DNA of 64,000 nucleotides from Caulobacteraceae bacterium (GCA_036488935.1 DASXGR010000047.1:150-64149); one strand, 5' to 3'. Shown: positions 21,001 through 29,861, counted from the first letter of the stretch. The notes: generated from the letters alone by a model not told the origin. Numbers and translations: made by a program.

Positions 21001-21633
21001 CAGCTCGCGCGCGGCGCTGGCTTCGCGAAAGGCCCCGGCGAAGCCGGAGAGGTGCAGAGCCATCGCCGCCCGCTGGGCCAGTCGATCGATCAGCTGACGG
21101 TGCTGGTCCAGGACCGGCCGCTCATGGGCGAGGCGAACGATCAGCACCCCAAAGGAGATGTCCGCAAGGACGAGGTCGATGATCACCGACGAGCGGACGC
21201 CTGTCTGAAGCAGAAGGGTGTCTTCCGCGTCGGCCAGCCCATCCCGTGCGATGATGCGCTGGCAAGGCAGGCCATCGACCCCGACGCGACGCAGCTCGAC
21301 CCAGGGCGTTGGCGCCGCCTCCTGCCAGAGACCGGCTCCGGAAAGATTGGGTCGCAATCCGCTTCGGCCTTCGGCCCTCAGGACGGTCTCGGTTTCGAGA
21401 GAAACCTCGAGCCTGTACCCAACCGGGGCCTGCGCGTCGCGACGCCAGATACTCGCCGACTCGCCGCCCAGCAGCTTGCGCGTCGCCCGCAGCAGGTCGG
21501 CGAGGAAACTGTCGATGTCTGCGGTCGCGCTGAGACGAGCGACACCCTCTTCGAGCACAAGTCTGGCTTCGTCCGACGGGTCCGGCCGCGGACGGGATTC
21601 GAAGCGCCCGGTAACCTTGGATCGCGCTTCCAT
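18100..21633 (-). CDS. Cytoplasmic multi-GAF (five GAF-like units) HisKA_3 sensor histidine kinase
   Basis: No TM segment; five GAF-like units ending in A.QAA.AL-type helices; H-box ERNRLAREIHDTLAQ; HATPase_c EAMLNAVRHA, DDGKGF, GFGLAGLRDRA, PGAGT. Confidence 0.92.
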   Translation of the reverse strand: MEARSKVTGRFESRPRPDPSDEARLVLEEGVARLSATADIDSFLADLLRATRKLLGGESASIWRRDAQAPVGYRLEVSLETETVLRAEGRSGLRPNLSGAGLWQEAAPTPWVELRRVGVDGLPCQRIIARDGLADAEDTLLLQTGVRSSVIIDLVLADISFGVLIVRLAHERPVLDQHRQLIDRLAQRAAMALHLSGFAGAFREASAARELQAATAKARAEKLALANALLRESSERLGAVEDLDTFLGRVLLTMYEVVGGHSGTLWLVDPDSPDHYRIHHVVEDGRVVAGAQSSHPRREIGSTPTPKRKRDSRMYGPTSKPHLLDLEANDGLMHEDERLYLLGLGVRRLLSVPLGLGDRVLGRFTIRLTDTRHILEEELDIIQALAGQAAVALNLTRLAEEAKQAAVGREREVAERSRADTLHRANEVLRAMLERLSEQQDLPAFLGDALKMCAREMDAAGAGIWIRRGQGDHGLLISWHGGEIRRPAEGDYLSRLTAMGHLDPDLSRGQIAFVKLADFDDLIDEWGPTLRHAIETDQVRTAAQVPMFIGDRWLGTLVFRHTSESPDYPPERRELALAFGNQIALALEMQRLAAAAGEAALSEERASAARQRTEAAERTAETLRASLDMLAAEPELESFLGYVLRAANKHLNVRRSTLWLYDPEQSAMRLHMMCHEGVVTVETGAPRVVITDDEWPFWRRLIEKGGPLTFDDATRNPHLAEVQDRMRRFGVRSLLMVPLMLGSEVLGSVGFHNTERESWTEDEISLARALGHQATLALQLTRLAAKAREAALSEERASAARQRTEAAERTAETLRASLDMLAAEPELEGFLGYVLRSANTHLDVRRSTLWLYDAEQGVNRLHMMCHEGAVTVETGTPRVVITAGEWPFWRRLIEKGGPMAFDDAANNPDLPVGAVRDRMRRFGVRSLLLAPLMLGSEVLGAVGFHNTERESWTEDEISLARTLSHQATLALQLTRLAAKAREGAVLQERNRLAREIHDTLAQGFAAIRMQLELGRRDPAAAPEALDRANKIAAENLVEARRSMAVLTAERPSLIASLSAAIEGVRRLGQTQVVAQLDSAPEPPTEVAHELLRICQEAMLNAVRHAEASTVRVTLSAMPGPGVRVAVADDGKGFDPGVVTKGFGLAGLRDRASAIDADLTIVSEPGAGTQVIAVWTPT
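18691..19842 (-). repeat. Intragenic tandem duplication of a GAF module (579 nt + 573 nt)
   Basis: Units 18691-19269 and 19270-19842 encode 193 and 191 aa; about 25 substitutions plus a 2-aa indel by hand count. Confidence 0.95.
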
Positions 21634-21802
21634 GACGAACAGGGCTTTGTACAGCAGCAGGTACCGCCCGATATTGATACGTTTTGGCGCATAGTGCGAG
21701 GGCTGGGCGCAGGGGGCTGTCGAGCAGCCCGAACCAAAGCGCCAGAAGGCGTGGAGCGGGAACGCCTTTCGGTGGGTCTGCCTTCGCCTATCATGGACGC
21801 CG

Positions 21803-22678
21803 ATGACGGATCGCGCCCTGAACCCCGACCTGCTGCGCAGCTATATCGCGGTCTGCGAGGCGGGCTCCTTCAGCGGCGCAGCCCGGGCCTTGGGGCTCCG
21901 GCAATCGACGGTCAGCCAGCACTTGCAGAGGCTGGAGGCGGCGACAGGCCGGCGGCTGATCGACCGTGACACCCACCGGGTGAGAATAACGCCCCAGGGC
22001 GAAGGCGTGCTGGAGCACGCGCGCCGGGTGCTCGAAGCCCATGACGAAATGGCGCGCGCCCTGAGTGGGGCGCCTCTGCGGGGGCGACTGAGGTTCGGGG
22101 CCTCGGAGGACTTCGTCCTCTCCGCCTTGCCGAACGTGCTGGCGGCGTTCGTGCGGCGCCACCCCGACGTCGACATGGAGCTGACCGCCGGCCTCAGCGA
22201 GGACCTCTATGACGCCTTCGACGCGGGCGATCTGGACATCATCTTCGTCAAGCGCCGCGCCGGCGACGGACGCGGCGTCAGCGCCTGGCGCGAGGCGCTC
22301 GCATGGATCGGTCGGCCTGGCTACTGGGTGGACCCGGATTCTCCCCTGCCCCTGCTGCTCTATCCGCTTCCGAGCGTCACGCGCGCCCGCGCCTTCGAGA
22401 CACTGGACGCCGCCCGTCGCCCGTGGCGCATCGCCTTCACCAGCGGCAGCCTCAGCGCCCTGAGCGCCGCGGCGCGCGCAGGGATAGGGCTGATGCCGCA
22501 TTCGGTGCGACTGGCGCCGCCGGGTCTCGCGGTTGTCGAGCCCGGACCCAGCCTGCCGCGGCTGCCGGACGTGGAGTTCGTGATCGTAGAGGCCGGGAGA
22601 GGTAACGCCGTGGCCGAGGCCCTGACGAGCGTGATCCTGCAATGGGCCGCCTACGGCGCAAGAGGGACGAGGGTTTAA
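21803..22678 (+). CDS. LysR-family transcriptional regulator
   Basis: LLRSYIAVCEAGSFSGAARALGLRQSTVSQHLQRLE HTH; GRLRFGASEDF. Confidence 0.95.
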   Translation: MTDRALNPDLLRSYIAVCEAGSFSGAARALGLRQSTVSQHLQRLEAATGRRLIDRDTHRVRITPQGEGVLEHARRVLEAHDEMARALSGAPLRGRLRFGASEDFVLSALPNVLAAFVRRHPDVDMELTAGLSEDLYDAFDAGDLDIIFVKRRAGDGRGVSAWREALAWIGRPGYWVDPDSPLPLLLYPLPSVTRARAFETLDAARRPWRIAFTSGSLSALSAAARAGIGLMPHSVRLAPPGLAVVEPGPSLPRLPDVEFVIVEAGRGNAVAEALTSVILQWAAYGARGTRV

Positions 22679-22756
22679 GGCGGCGCTCCGGATGGACTGA
22701 GTTCAGTCCTGCGTTCTAGTCTGCTGGCCAGCCAATGGACGGCCAGGGGGGACGTC

Positions 22757-23422
22757 TTGGAACATACGCTCAGGACAGCGTTTCCGATTGCGTTCCCGAT
22801 CTTCTTTGTCGGGATGTGGCTGCTGGTCTCGACCCTAATTGGCGCCAAATCGGGCTGGTATGAGTTAGCCAGGCGCTATCCCGACCGCCCAGAGCCAGCC
22901 CTTGCGAAGCTCGGCTTCCAGTCAGGGGTGATGGGTCCCACCGGTATAGGCATCAACGGCATTCTGACGGTCAGCGCATGCCGCTCGGGACTGCGGGTCG
23001 AAATCTGGCAGGTGTTCGGCCCCTTCAGCAAGCCATTCCTTGTGCCGTGGAACGAGATAAGCGTTCGGCCAAGGCAGATCTTCTTTCACCCGTACGCCAG
23101 ACTGGGCTTTGGGAATCCGGAAGTCGGCGTGCTGAGCATCGGCAGGGACGTATGGGGTCACCTCGCCGGCCGCGCATCCGCGACGGCTGGATCGACGGTC
23201 GCAGAAGCCCTGCCGCCACTCCCCAAAGGACGGATGCTGCGCGCCTACCTCCTACAGTGGCTCGCCGTGACGGCTTTCGGCGCCGCTTTCTTCTTCCTGG
23301 CGCCCCGGCTCATGAGCCCGGCTGGACCGCATCCCTCGCTGATCGTCTGCTTCGCCTTGCCGGCGATCGTCTTCGGAATCGGAACGCTGATCCGATACGC
23401 GGCCCAGCAGCCTCCGCCCTAA
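22757..23422 (+). CDS. Hypothetical membrane protein (about 3 TM)
   Basis: Hydrophobic N-terminal helix followed by SGWYELARRYP, soluble middle with PF.VPW.EI, two C-terminal TMs; TTG start with GGGGG RBS. Confidence 0.6.
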   Translation: MEHTLRTAFPIAFPIFFVGMWLLVSTLIGAKSGWYELARRYPDRPEPALAKLGFQSGVMGPTGIGINGILTVSACRSGLRVEIWQVFGPFSKPFLVPWNEISVRPRQIFFHPYARLGFGNPEVGVLSIGRDVWGHLAGRASATAGSTVAEALPPLPKGRMLRAYLLQWLAVTAFGAAFFFLAPRLMSPAGPHPSLIVCFALPAIVFGIGTLIRYAAQQPPP

Positions 23423-23431
23423 GGCGCTTAG

Positions 23432-24109
23432 CTAGTGGGCGTGCGCGGAACCGCGGCGCGAGCGGAGGGCGGCGCCGACAGCGCCGAGACCGACAAGCAT
23501 GAAGGCCCAGGTCGCCGGCTCCGGTACGGCGACGGTCGGCGTCGTGGGTGTGGTCCCGGTCGGAGGCGTGGTATCGGTCGGTGGTGGCGTGGTGTCGGTC
23601 GGCGGAGTCGACACCGCCGGTTTCGATCCGAGGAAGCCGGATGGGGACCCGCCAGTGCCCGTGAAGAATGAGGGCGTCGGGCCTCTTTGGGAGGACTCGA
23701 ACGGTCCGCCGCCCATCCCTGGGATATGGCCGGAATCATAGCCGCCGTTGATGGTGTGGCCTTGATCTCCATCGGGCCCATCGGGGCCAGGGACGCCGCC
23801 GGGGGATGGATCCGGAGTTATCGGAGGGGCGAAGGCTCCGCCTCCGTCGTAGACTCCATGCACCGGGCCGGCGCAGGACGCCCCGCAGTCGGACTTGTGT
23901 GTGCCCGTCTGGCCGCTGTCGTCGAATTCCTTGTGCCCCCTATGGGAGTGCCTGTCGGACCCCCAATCGGCGAGAGCGCCGCTGCCTAGATGCGGCGCGG
24001 CGATCACAAGAGTCGCAAGAAGGACAGCTCCGGCGACTCCCGCAGACGCGCCGATCACGCTCGCGAGCGAATAATCGCGTTCCATAACTCGCCCCAACCC
24101 TGGCGCCAA
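23432..24109 (-). CDS. PEP-CTERM (PEPxxWA) sorting domain protein, Gly/Pro/Thr-rich
   Basis: C-terminus VPEPATWAFMLVGLGAVGAALRSRR; N-terminal hydrophobic signal; PPTDTTP repeats; start could be ATG at 24085. Confidence 0.88.
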   Translation of the reverse strand: MAPGLGRVMERDYSLASVIGASAGVAGAVLLATLVIAAPHLGSGALADWGSDRHSHRGHKEFDDSGQTGTHKSDCGASCAGPVHGVYDGGGAFAPPITPDPSPGGVPGPDGPDGDQGHTINGGYDSGHIPGMGGGPFESSQRGPTPSFFTGTGGSPSGFLGSKPAVSTPPTDTTPPPTDTTPPTGTTPTTPTVAVPEPATWAFMLVGLGAVGAALRSRRGSAHAH

Positions 24110-24213
24110 AACGCCACAATTAGCTTGGCCTTAACGCGCGCGAAGGTCCATAGATTTCGAATGGTTTTTGCTGCGCTTTTTGTCGCGCCTGGCGCCGAAA
24201 GACGCCTCCCGGC

Positions 24214-25326
24214 TCAGAGCTGGGTGAGGGTGAAGACGAGAAGAGCGATCAACATGGAGCCGAAGGCCGTGACCGTCGTGAGCCAGACAACCGCAGTCTT
24301 GAGGCTCGCGCCGAGGATGCTCGAGCCGTAGGCGCCCCGCAGTGTTTGGAACAGGTTCACCGGAGTCCACAGGGCGACGAGGCCCAGCCACCAGTACACG
24401 AAAGGTGGAGGAAGGATCAGGCCGAAGGCGTTTGCGAGGAAGGCGAAGGACAGAAGGTCCATCGCCACCAGCAGGTGGTCGTAGAGGAAGTACCGAGGCT
24501 TGTCGCGATAGACGCCGGCCAGCGTGAGTCCAACGATCGGCAGCAACAGGATCGCAGCCCGGTGCGCCCAGGTGAAGAGAACGGCCCAATAATAGTCGGG
24601 GTTCGCCGTGGCCTTTCTTATGCCGTCCCGCCACCAGCCGCCCCGATGGTGGGTCGCCGCGCCCGGCGCCTCGGCCGGCAGTCCGGCGGCGACGCGATCG
24701 GCCTTGGCCATGGCCGCGGCGTAGCGCGCTGCGATCTTCGACGTCTCGCGTTGGTAGGCGGCTTCGACCCGGGCGGGTTTCTCGTCGGGATCCTTGAGGT
24801 CGCCAGCCCGATCGCGGGCGGCCTCGGCAAGATCCTCGTTCCGGTCGTTCAGCGCTTCGCGCCGCATTTCCGCCGCCGCATTCGCGCGTCCCTGAGGCGT
24901 GGCGAGCTGCGCGGCTTCTCGCTGGTGCTGGCGCGCGGAGGCCTCCTGCATCTCGTGCGCGGCGTGCTCGGCGGCGAAGATGAACAGCAGCAGGGCCACC
25001 AGGAAAGTCCGGAACGGCGGCGCATGCCTCGCAATGCGGTTCTCGATGTAGTCTCGCGCCAGGCGCCCCGGCCGGAAGAAGAGGTCTGGCGCGGTTCGCC
25101 GCAGGCGGCCGTCCAGGTGGAAGAGGCCTTCGATCCCCTCCCAAGCCAGGTGGAGGATCGACCGCTTGTGGTTGTCGGCGTCCTGGCCGCACGTATGGCA
25201 ATAACGGCCCTGCAGCGCGGAGCCGCAGTTGGCGCACGTCGTGCCAGGCGGCAGGTGAAAATCAGACCGCGGGCCAGTGAGATGGCGCAGAGAGTCTGCG
25301 ACCGCCGCCTCGAGTTCCGCCAGCAT
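24214..25326 (-). CDS. DUF3667-domain membrane protein
   Basis: CANCG..LQGRYCHTCGQ zinc-ribbon, LFHLDGRL.RT..DLFFRPG.LARDY, PPFRTFL, C-terminal TMs with DHLLVA. Confidence 0.85.
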   Translation of the reverse strand: MLAELEAAVADSLRHLTGPRSDFHLPPGTTCANCGSALQGRYCHTCGQDADNHKRSILHLAWEGIEGLFHLDGRLRRTAPDLFFRPGRLARDYIENRIARHAPPFRTFLVALLLFIFAAEHAAHEMQEASARQHQREAAQLATPQGRANAAAEMRREALNDRNEDLAEAARDRAGDLKDPDEKPARVEAAYQRETSKIAARYAAAMAKADRVAAGLPAEAPGAATHHRGGWWRDGIRKATANPDYYWAVLFTWAHRAAILLLPIVGLTLAGVYRDKPRYFLYDHLLVAMDLLSFAFLANAFGLILPPPFVYWWLGLVALWTPVNLFQTLRGAYGSSILGASLKTAVVWLTTVTAFGSMLIALLVFTLTQL

Positions 25327-25423
25327 TCCGCGCCCCGGAGCTTCTGGGACGCCGACGCTAGCCCAGACGCGCTCCCCATGCACGCCAAGCGTGGCGGGAA
25401 GCGCGGCCGCAGCTGGTCGGAAG

Positions 25424-26119
25424 CTAGTGGGAGTGGGCGACGCTGAGCGCGGGGGTCAGGACGACGCCGGCGGCGATCGCCCAGAAATGGACCCCCGCGC
25501 CAGCGCAGACGAAACCGTGCCACACCGCGCGCCGGAACGGCAGTCGGCGCATGTGGAACAGCACCGATCCGGCGCTGTAGATGACGCCGCCTACGACGAG
25601 GAGGGCCAGGACGGCCAGCGAGAGGTTGCGGCTGAGGGGTCCGAAGGCGAGGAGGGCGATCCAGCCGAACGCCAGGTAGATGATGGTCCAGGCGCGCTCC
25701 GGAACCTTCGGGAACGCCAGCTTGCCGACAATCCCGGCAACGGCGATCGCCCACACCAGGGCGGTCATCCCCACCGCCCAGAGACCCTGCAGCCGCTGGG
25801 TGGTGAAGGGGGTGTAGGAGCCGGCGATCATCAGGAAGATCCCCGCCTCGTCCAGTCGCCTCAAAAAGGGCCGCGCGGGCGAGGGGTGGCTGAGATTGTA
25901 GACAGCCGAAAAGGCCAGCATGCAGATCAGAGCCACGCCGTAGAGGGCGGCTGCAGCCACGATGCCGAGCTTGTGCGTGGTCAGGGCCTCGCGGACGAGC
26001 CAGGCCGCTCCGCCTCCCGCCAAGGCGATGGCCACGACGTGAATCCACCCGTCGACCGCACGCTCCACGGCGTTCGGATAGTGGCCGACAAGGTATTCAT
26101 CGGGAATCTGGCGGACCAT
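25424..26119 (-). CDS. Hemolysin III/PAQR family membrane protein
   Basis: ERAVDGWIH, SAVYN, RRLDEAGIFLMIAGSYTPF, GGVIYSAG, AVWHGFV. Confidence 0.92.
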   Translation of the reverse strand: MVRQIPDEYLVGHYPNAVERAVDGWIHVVAIALAGGGAAWLVREALTTHKLGIVAAAALYGVALICMLAFSAVYNLSHPSPARPFLRRLDEAGIFLMIAGSYTPFTTQRLQGLWAVGMTALVWAIAVAGIVGKLAFPKVPERAWTIIYLAFGWIALLAFGPLSRNLSLAVLALLVVGGVIYSAGSVLFHMRRLPFRRAVWHGFVCAGAGVHFWAIAAGVVLTPALSVAHSH

Positions 26120-26173
26120 GGACCGCTAAGCCCTACCATGGCCGATCGTTCCAGGCCTCCCGCGCCGGACGAT

Positions 26174-26342
26174 TCATTCTGACAAAGCGATGCGCTGGCG
26201 CCCCACCGCCCGGCGATCCAGCACGACTGACAGAGCGAGAATCGGAATGGCGGCGAGGGGGAGCGCCGCGCCAATCCGGCCGGTGGACGTCCAGCCGAAA
26301 CCCGCGGCGATGGCGAGACCGCCCAACCACGCGCCTGGGCGT
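26174..26342 (-). pseudogene. Remnant 3' end of the MFS transporter gene found intact at 37194-38456
   Basis: Translates AWLGGLAIAAGFGWTSTGRIGAALPLAAIPILALSVVLDRR..., versus AWLGGLSIAAGFGWTSTGWIGAALGLAAIPILGLSVMLDRR; 112/126 nt identical (26210-26335 vs 37209-37334); no start codon or 5' part. Confidence 0.9.
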
Positions 26343-26368
26343 AGATCTTGCGCGGTTGTCGTGACCGC

Positions 26369-27496
26369 CTAGGCTGTGGCCCCGTCGAGCATTTCGGTGA
26401 AGCCGCCCGGTGCGTAGGGCCCGATGCAGATCTGTTCGAGCACACCGATGCCCCGGCGGGACCCGTCGCTTGCGCGCACCACCTGCTGGGTGTGCAGGTG
26501 CCAGGGCTCCAGCGGGTTCAGCTGCCGCGGATCGAAGGACTCGTGGCCTGTCGCCAGCTCGCCTTTCCACATGCCCTGGCCCCACTGGGGGTGGAAGTAG
26601 CCCAAGCCCTTCATCTGGAACTTGAGGATGGGATCAAGCGCGATAGTGCGCACGCCTCCGTCGTGGTCGACCAGGTCGATCTCCGCCGAGTTAGCGAGGC
26701 GCGTGCCCGGATGGTACCGAACTCGGTGCCGCGCGGTCGCCATGCGTTGGTCGAGCCCGTCCTCGACGCCTGGAACCTCTGCCTCGCTGGCGTAGAGCGG
26801 CGCAACGATTCCCTCGCGCACCAGGGCCTCGCCGTTCTCGCCGTCGAAGAAGATCGCGTGCGTAATGTGGTCTTCCCAGAACAGTGGCGCCCAGAGAAAG
26901 AATGCGCCCCGCCGCGGCTGCGGCGCGCCGCCGATCTCGGGTTCACCGACGCCCCGCACGCCCCAGGAGCGGTCCTTCGTGCCATAGCAGACCGCCTCCT
27001 CGACATGGATCTCGCCGTCAGGGTCGCGCACGAATCCACTCCAGCGACCGAATTGGTCGAAACGCGTGGAGTCCATCCCCCTGCGGGCGCCCGTCCAGAG
27101 CGTTTGTCGGGCCTCCTGGATCGCCGCCGTGCGGGCGGAGAATGTGAGGTCGCAGGAAATGCCGCTCTCGTTGTCCTCCAACACGACGCTCGCGCGCTTC
27201 ATCGGTTCGATGACCTCGATGCGGAAGGGGCCCACCTGCATCTCAGTCCGCTCGGTCGGCGCGCGGCGCGAGCCGTAGAAGCAGTGCTGCCGCCCGTCCC
27301 GTCTCACCACAGAGAAGGCGCAGTCCAGGATGCCGCGATGCGGGTAAATGGCCATGCCGACGCCGAAGTAATACGAGCCGTCGTTGGCGTAGCCGTTGAA
27401 CCAGGTCCGGTCATACACATTGCGGTCGCTGGTCGCGGGATGGGCGATCGGTTCGGGCGTCTGGTGGATCGGGAAGTCGTCGAGCTTGTTCAGCAT
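26369..27496 (-). CDS. Hypothetical protein, CrtC/AttH-like double beta-barrel fold suspected
   Basis: YDRTWFNG, GPFRIEVIEPMKR, RFDQFGRWSG, GTKDRSWGVR motifs shared with 33934-34992. Confidence 0.6.
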   Translation of the reverse strand: MLNKLDDFPIHQTPEPIAHPATSDRNVYDRTWFNGYANDGSYYFGVGMAIYPHRGILDCAFSVVRRDGRQHCFYGSRRAPTERTEMQVGPFRIEVIEPMKRASVVLEDNESGISCDLTFSARTAAIQEARQTLWTGARRGMDSTRFDQFGRWSGFVRDPDGEIHVEEAVCYGTKDRSWGVRGVGEPEIGGAPQPRRGAFFLWAPLFWEDHITHAIFFDGENGEALVREGIVAPLYASEAEVPGVEDGLDQRMATARHRVRYHPGTRLANSAEIDLVDHDGGVRTIALDPILKFQMKGLGYFHPQWGQGMWKGELATGHESFDPRQLNPLEPWHLHTQQVVRASDGSRRGIGVLEQICIGPYAPGGFTEMLDGATA

Positions 27497-27616
27497 GGGC
27501 GCGCCTCGGGAGTCAGTCCGGTTTCAGTCAAGAGGGCTGATGGTCTGAGCCGGATCGGCTCGTCGACCTGGCCCGCTCGATCGCGGCGTGGAGATCAATC
27601 AGCAGCTTCGCTGTGC

Positions 27617-27655
27617 GGGATAGCATCAACTTAATAGTTGGCCAACTAGCAAATC
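27617..27655. promoter_or_regulatory. 39-bp operator-like element, copy 1 (core palindrome TAGTTGGCCAACTA)
   Basis: 34/39 identical to 36081-36119; lies in a divergent promoter region. Confidence 0.75.
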
Positions 27656-27697
27656 TGGAGTCTTATCGCCCGAGCGCCTCCGGGAACCAAAGCGAAC

Positions 27698-29251
27698 ATG
27701 CATCCCTCGATCCACGCCAAAACCCACCCCGACAAAGCCGCCTACGTCATGGCAGGGTCAGGGGAGATCGTGACCTATGCCGAGCTCGACGCGCGCTCGA
27801 ACCAGGGCGCCCATCTTTTCCGCTCGCCGGGCGTCGAGACCGGCGACTCGGTCGCCCTCATCATCGACAACAGCCCGCGCTACTTCGAAGCGATCTGGGC
27901 CGCGCAACGCTCGGGCGTCCGCTTCACGGCGATCTCTTCCAAGCTGACCGCCGGCGAGGTCGAGTACATCGTGAAGGATTGCGGGGCGAAGGCGCTCATC
28001 GCGGGCGTCGCGGTGGCTGACGTCGCACTTGCGCTCGCCCCGCTGATCCCTGGCGTGAAACTCTACATGGTCGACGGCGCCGCGGGTCCGTTCGAGAGCT
28101 TCGAGACGGCGCGTTCGAGATTCCCGACGAGTCCGATCGCTGACGAATCAGCGGGCGGCCCGATGCTCTATTCGTCCGGCACCACCGGCCGCCCCAAGGG
28201 CGTACGGTCCGCGAACGCGGCGCAGCGGCAGCCGATCGGGGCGGCCAACGGGATCGCGAGCCTGGGGCAAGCGCTCTACGGCTGGACGTCGGAGTCGATC
28301 TATCTTTCGCCGGCTCCGCTGTACCACGCCGCCCCTCTCGGCTGGTCGATGGCCATGCAGGCGCTTGGCGGGACGGTGATCCTGATGGAGCGCTTCGACG
28401 CCGAGGACGCCCTGCGCTGCATCCAGGACTACAAGGTCACCACCGCTCAGTGGGTGCCCACGCATTTCGTCCGCATGCTGAAATTGCCGCCTGAGGCGCG
28501 CGCCAGGTATGACCTCTCGTCGCTGACCCAGGTGTTCCACGCCGCCGCGCCCTGCCCCATCCCGGTCAAGGAACAGATGATCGCCTGGTGGGGACCGATC
28601 ATCAGCGAGTACTACGCCGGCACCGAGGGCAACGGCTTCACCGCGATCAATTCCCAGGAGTGGCTGGCGCACAAAGGGTCGGTCGGCCGTGCGCTCATGG
28701 GCGAGGTCAAGATCTGCGACGAGAACGGCGATCCGCTGCCAACCGGAGACGAAGGCCTGGTCTACTTCGCCGGTGGGGGACAGTTCGAGTACCACAACGA
28801 CCCCGAGAAGACGGCGGAGAGCCGCAACAGGAACGGCTGGACGACGCTGGGCGATGTGGGCCGAGTTGACGAGGACGGCTATCTGTACCTCACCGACCGC
28901 AAGAGCTTCATGATCATCTCCGGCGGCGTGAACATCTATCCGCAGGAGATCGAGAACCTGCTCACCACCCATCCCAGTGTCACCGACGTCGCTGTGGTCG
29001 GCGCGCCGCACGAGGAGATGGGCGAGCAGGTGGTAGCGGTCATCCAGCCCGCCGACTGGAACGAGGCGGGCGAGGCCCTCGCGACCGAACTCCTGGCCTT
29101 CGCCCGCGCGAACCTTTCCCACGTCAAGGCGCCGCGCAGAATCGACTTCATGCAGGAGTTGCCTCGTCAGCCGACCGGCAAGCTCTACAAGCGCCTCATC
29201 CGCGACGCCTACTGGCGCAAAGAGGACGCGCCCATTGTCGCGAGCAGTTAG
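27698..29251 (+). CDS. Acyl-CoA synthetase (AMP-forming)
   Basis: MLYSSGTTGRPKG, PLYHAAP, EYYAGTEG, TLGDVG..DEDGYLYLTDRK...IISGGVNIYPQEIE, TGKLYKR. Confidence 0.95.
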   Translation: MHPSIHAKTHPDKAAYVMAGSGEIVTYAELDARSNQGAHLFRSPGVETGDSVALIIDNSPRYFEAIWAAQRSGVRFTAISSKLTAGEVEYIVKDCGAKALIAGVAVADVALALAPLIPGVKLYMVDGAAGPFESFETARSRFPTSPIADESAGGPMLYSSGTTGRPKGVRSANAAQRQPIGAANGIASLGQALYGWTSESIYLSPAPLYHAAPLGWSMAMQALGGTVILMERFDAEDALRCIQDYKVTTAQWVPTHFVRMLKLPPEARARYDLSSLTQVFHAAAPCPIPVKEQMIAWWGPIISEYYAGTEGNGFTAINSQEWLAHKGSVGRALMGEVKICDENGDPLPTGDEGLVYFAGGGQFEYHNDPEKTAESRNRNGWTTLGDVGRVDEDGYLYLTDRKSFMIISGGVNIYPQEIENLLTTHPSVTDVAVVGAPHEEMGEQVVAVIQPADWNEAGEALATELLAFARANLSHVKAPRRIDFMQELPRQPTGKLYKRLIRDAYWRKEDAPIVASS

Positions 29252-29664
29252 CCGGCCTCAAGCTGTTTTATGGGCGCTGCGGTTGCGTCCAGCTTCATCT
29301 TCAGTCGCTCCGAGGCTCCGGTCAGCATTTCGAGAGCCCGGTCTATCTCCTCGCGTTCGCGCGTCAGGGCGGCGAGCCGCTCCCTGAACATCGGCAGCGC
29401 GCGAGCGAACTGCGCGTCGCGGCCGCCGTTGTCGTAAGCTTCGAAGAGCTCGCGGATCTCCTTGATCGAGAAGCCCATCCGTCGCGCGTGGAGGATAAGA
29501 CGCAGCCGCACCTGCTCCTGGCGCGAATAGATGCGAACCTGGTTGTTCCGTCGTGGGGAAAGCAGTCCCTGCTCCTCGTAGAACCGCAACGCCCTCAGGG
29601 TCGCGCCCGACTGGCGGCAGAGCTGGGTGATAGTCAGCGCTTCGCGCAGCGCGGTCGTCGGCAT
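29248..29664 (-). CDS. MerR-family regulator (LiuR-like, no metal-binding Cys)
   Basis: TITQLCRQSGATLRALRFYEEQGLLSPRR...RIYS...GFSIKEIRELF; start ATG 29664. Confidence 0.88.
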   Translation of the reverse strand: MPTTALREALTITQLCRQSGATLRALRFYEEQGLLSPRRNNQVRIYSRQEQVRLRLILHARRMGFSIKEIRELFEAYDNGGRDAQFARALPMFRERLAALTREREEIDRALEMLTGASERLKMKLDATAAPIKQLEAG

Positions 29665-29713
29665 TCCGTTCCTCTCCTGCCTCCGCAGCAGACAAGGCCC
29701 ATAGATCGTATAG

Positions 29714-29736
29714 ATAATTGTTGGATGGCCAGCTAT
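29714..29736. promoter_or_regulatory. Candidate TetR operator upstream of tetR
   Basis: ATAATTGTTGGATGGCCAGCTAT; 20/23 match to the reverse complement of 30712-30734. Confidence 0.65.
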
Positions 29737-29861
29737 CTTGTCAATGTCCCTAGGACGACGCCCGTCACGGCGCGAGCCATGGCCGCTGCCGATCGACAGC
29801 GGCTTTTCGAAGGGTTCGTGGCTGATTTGAAGGGGGCGAGGGCAACAGGTAACGTTCCGTC

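Noticed and set aside
25424-26119. Hemolysin III as a virulence toxin
   Set aside because: PAQR-family membrane proteins are widespread in non-pathogens; no secretion or toxin context here
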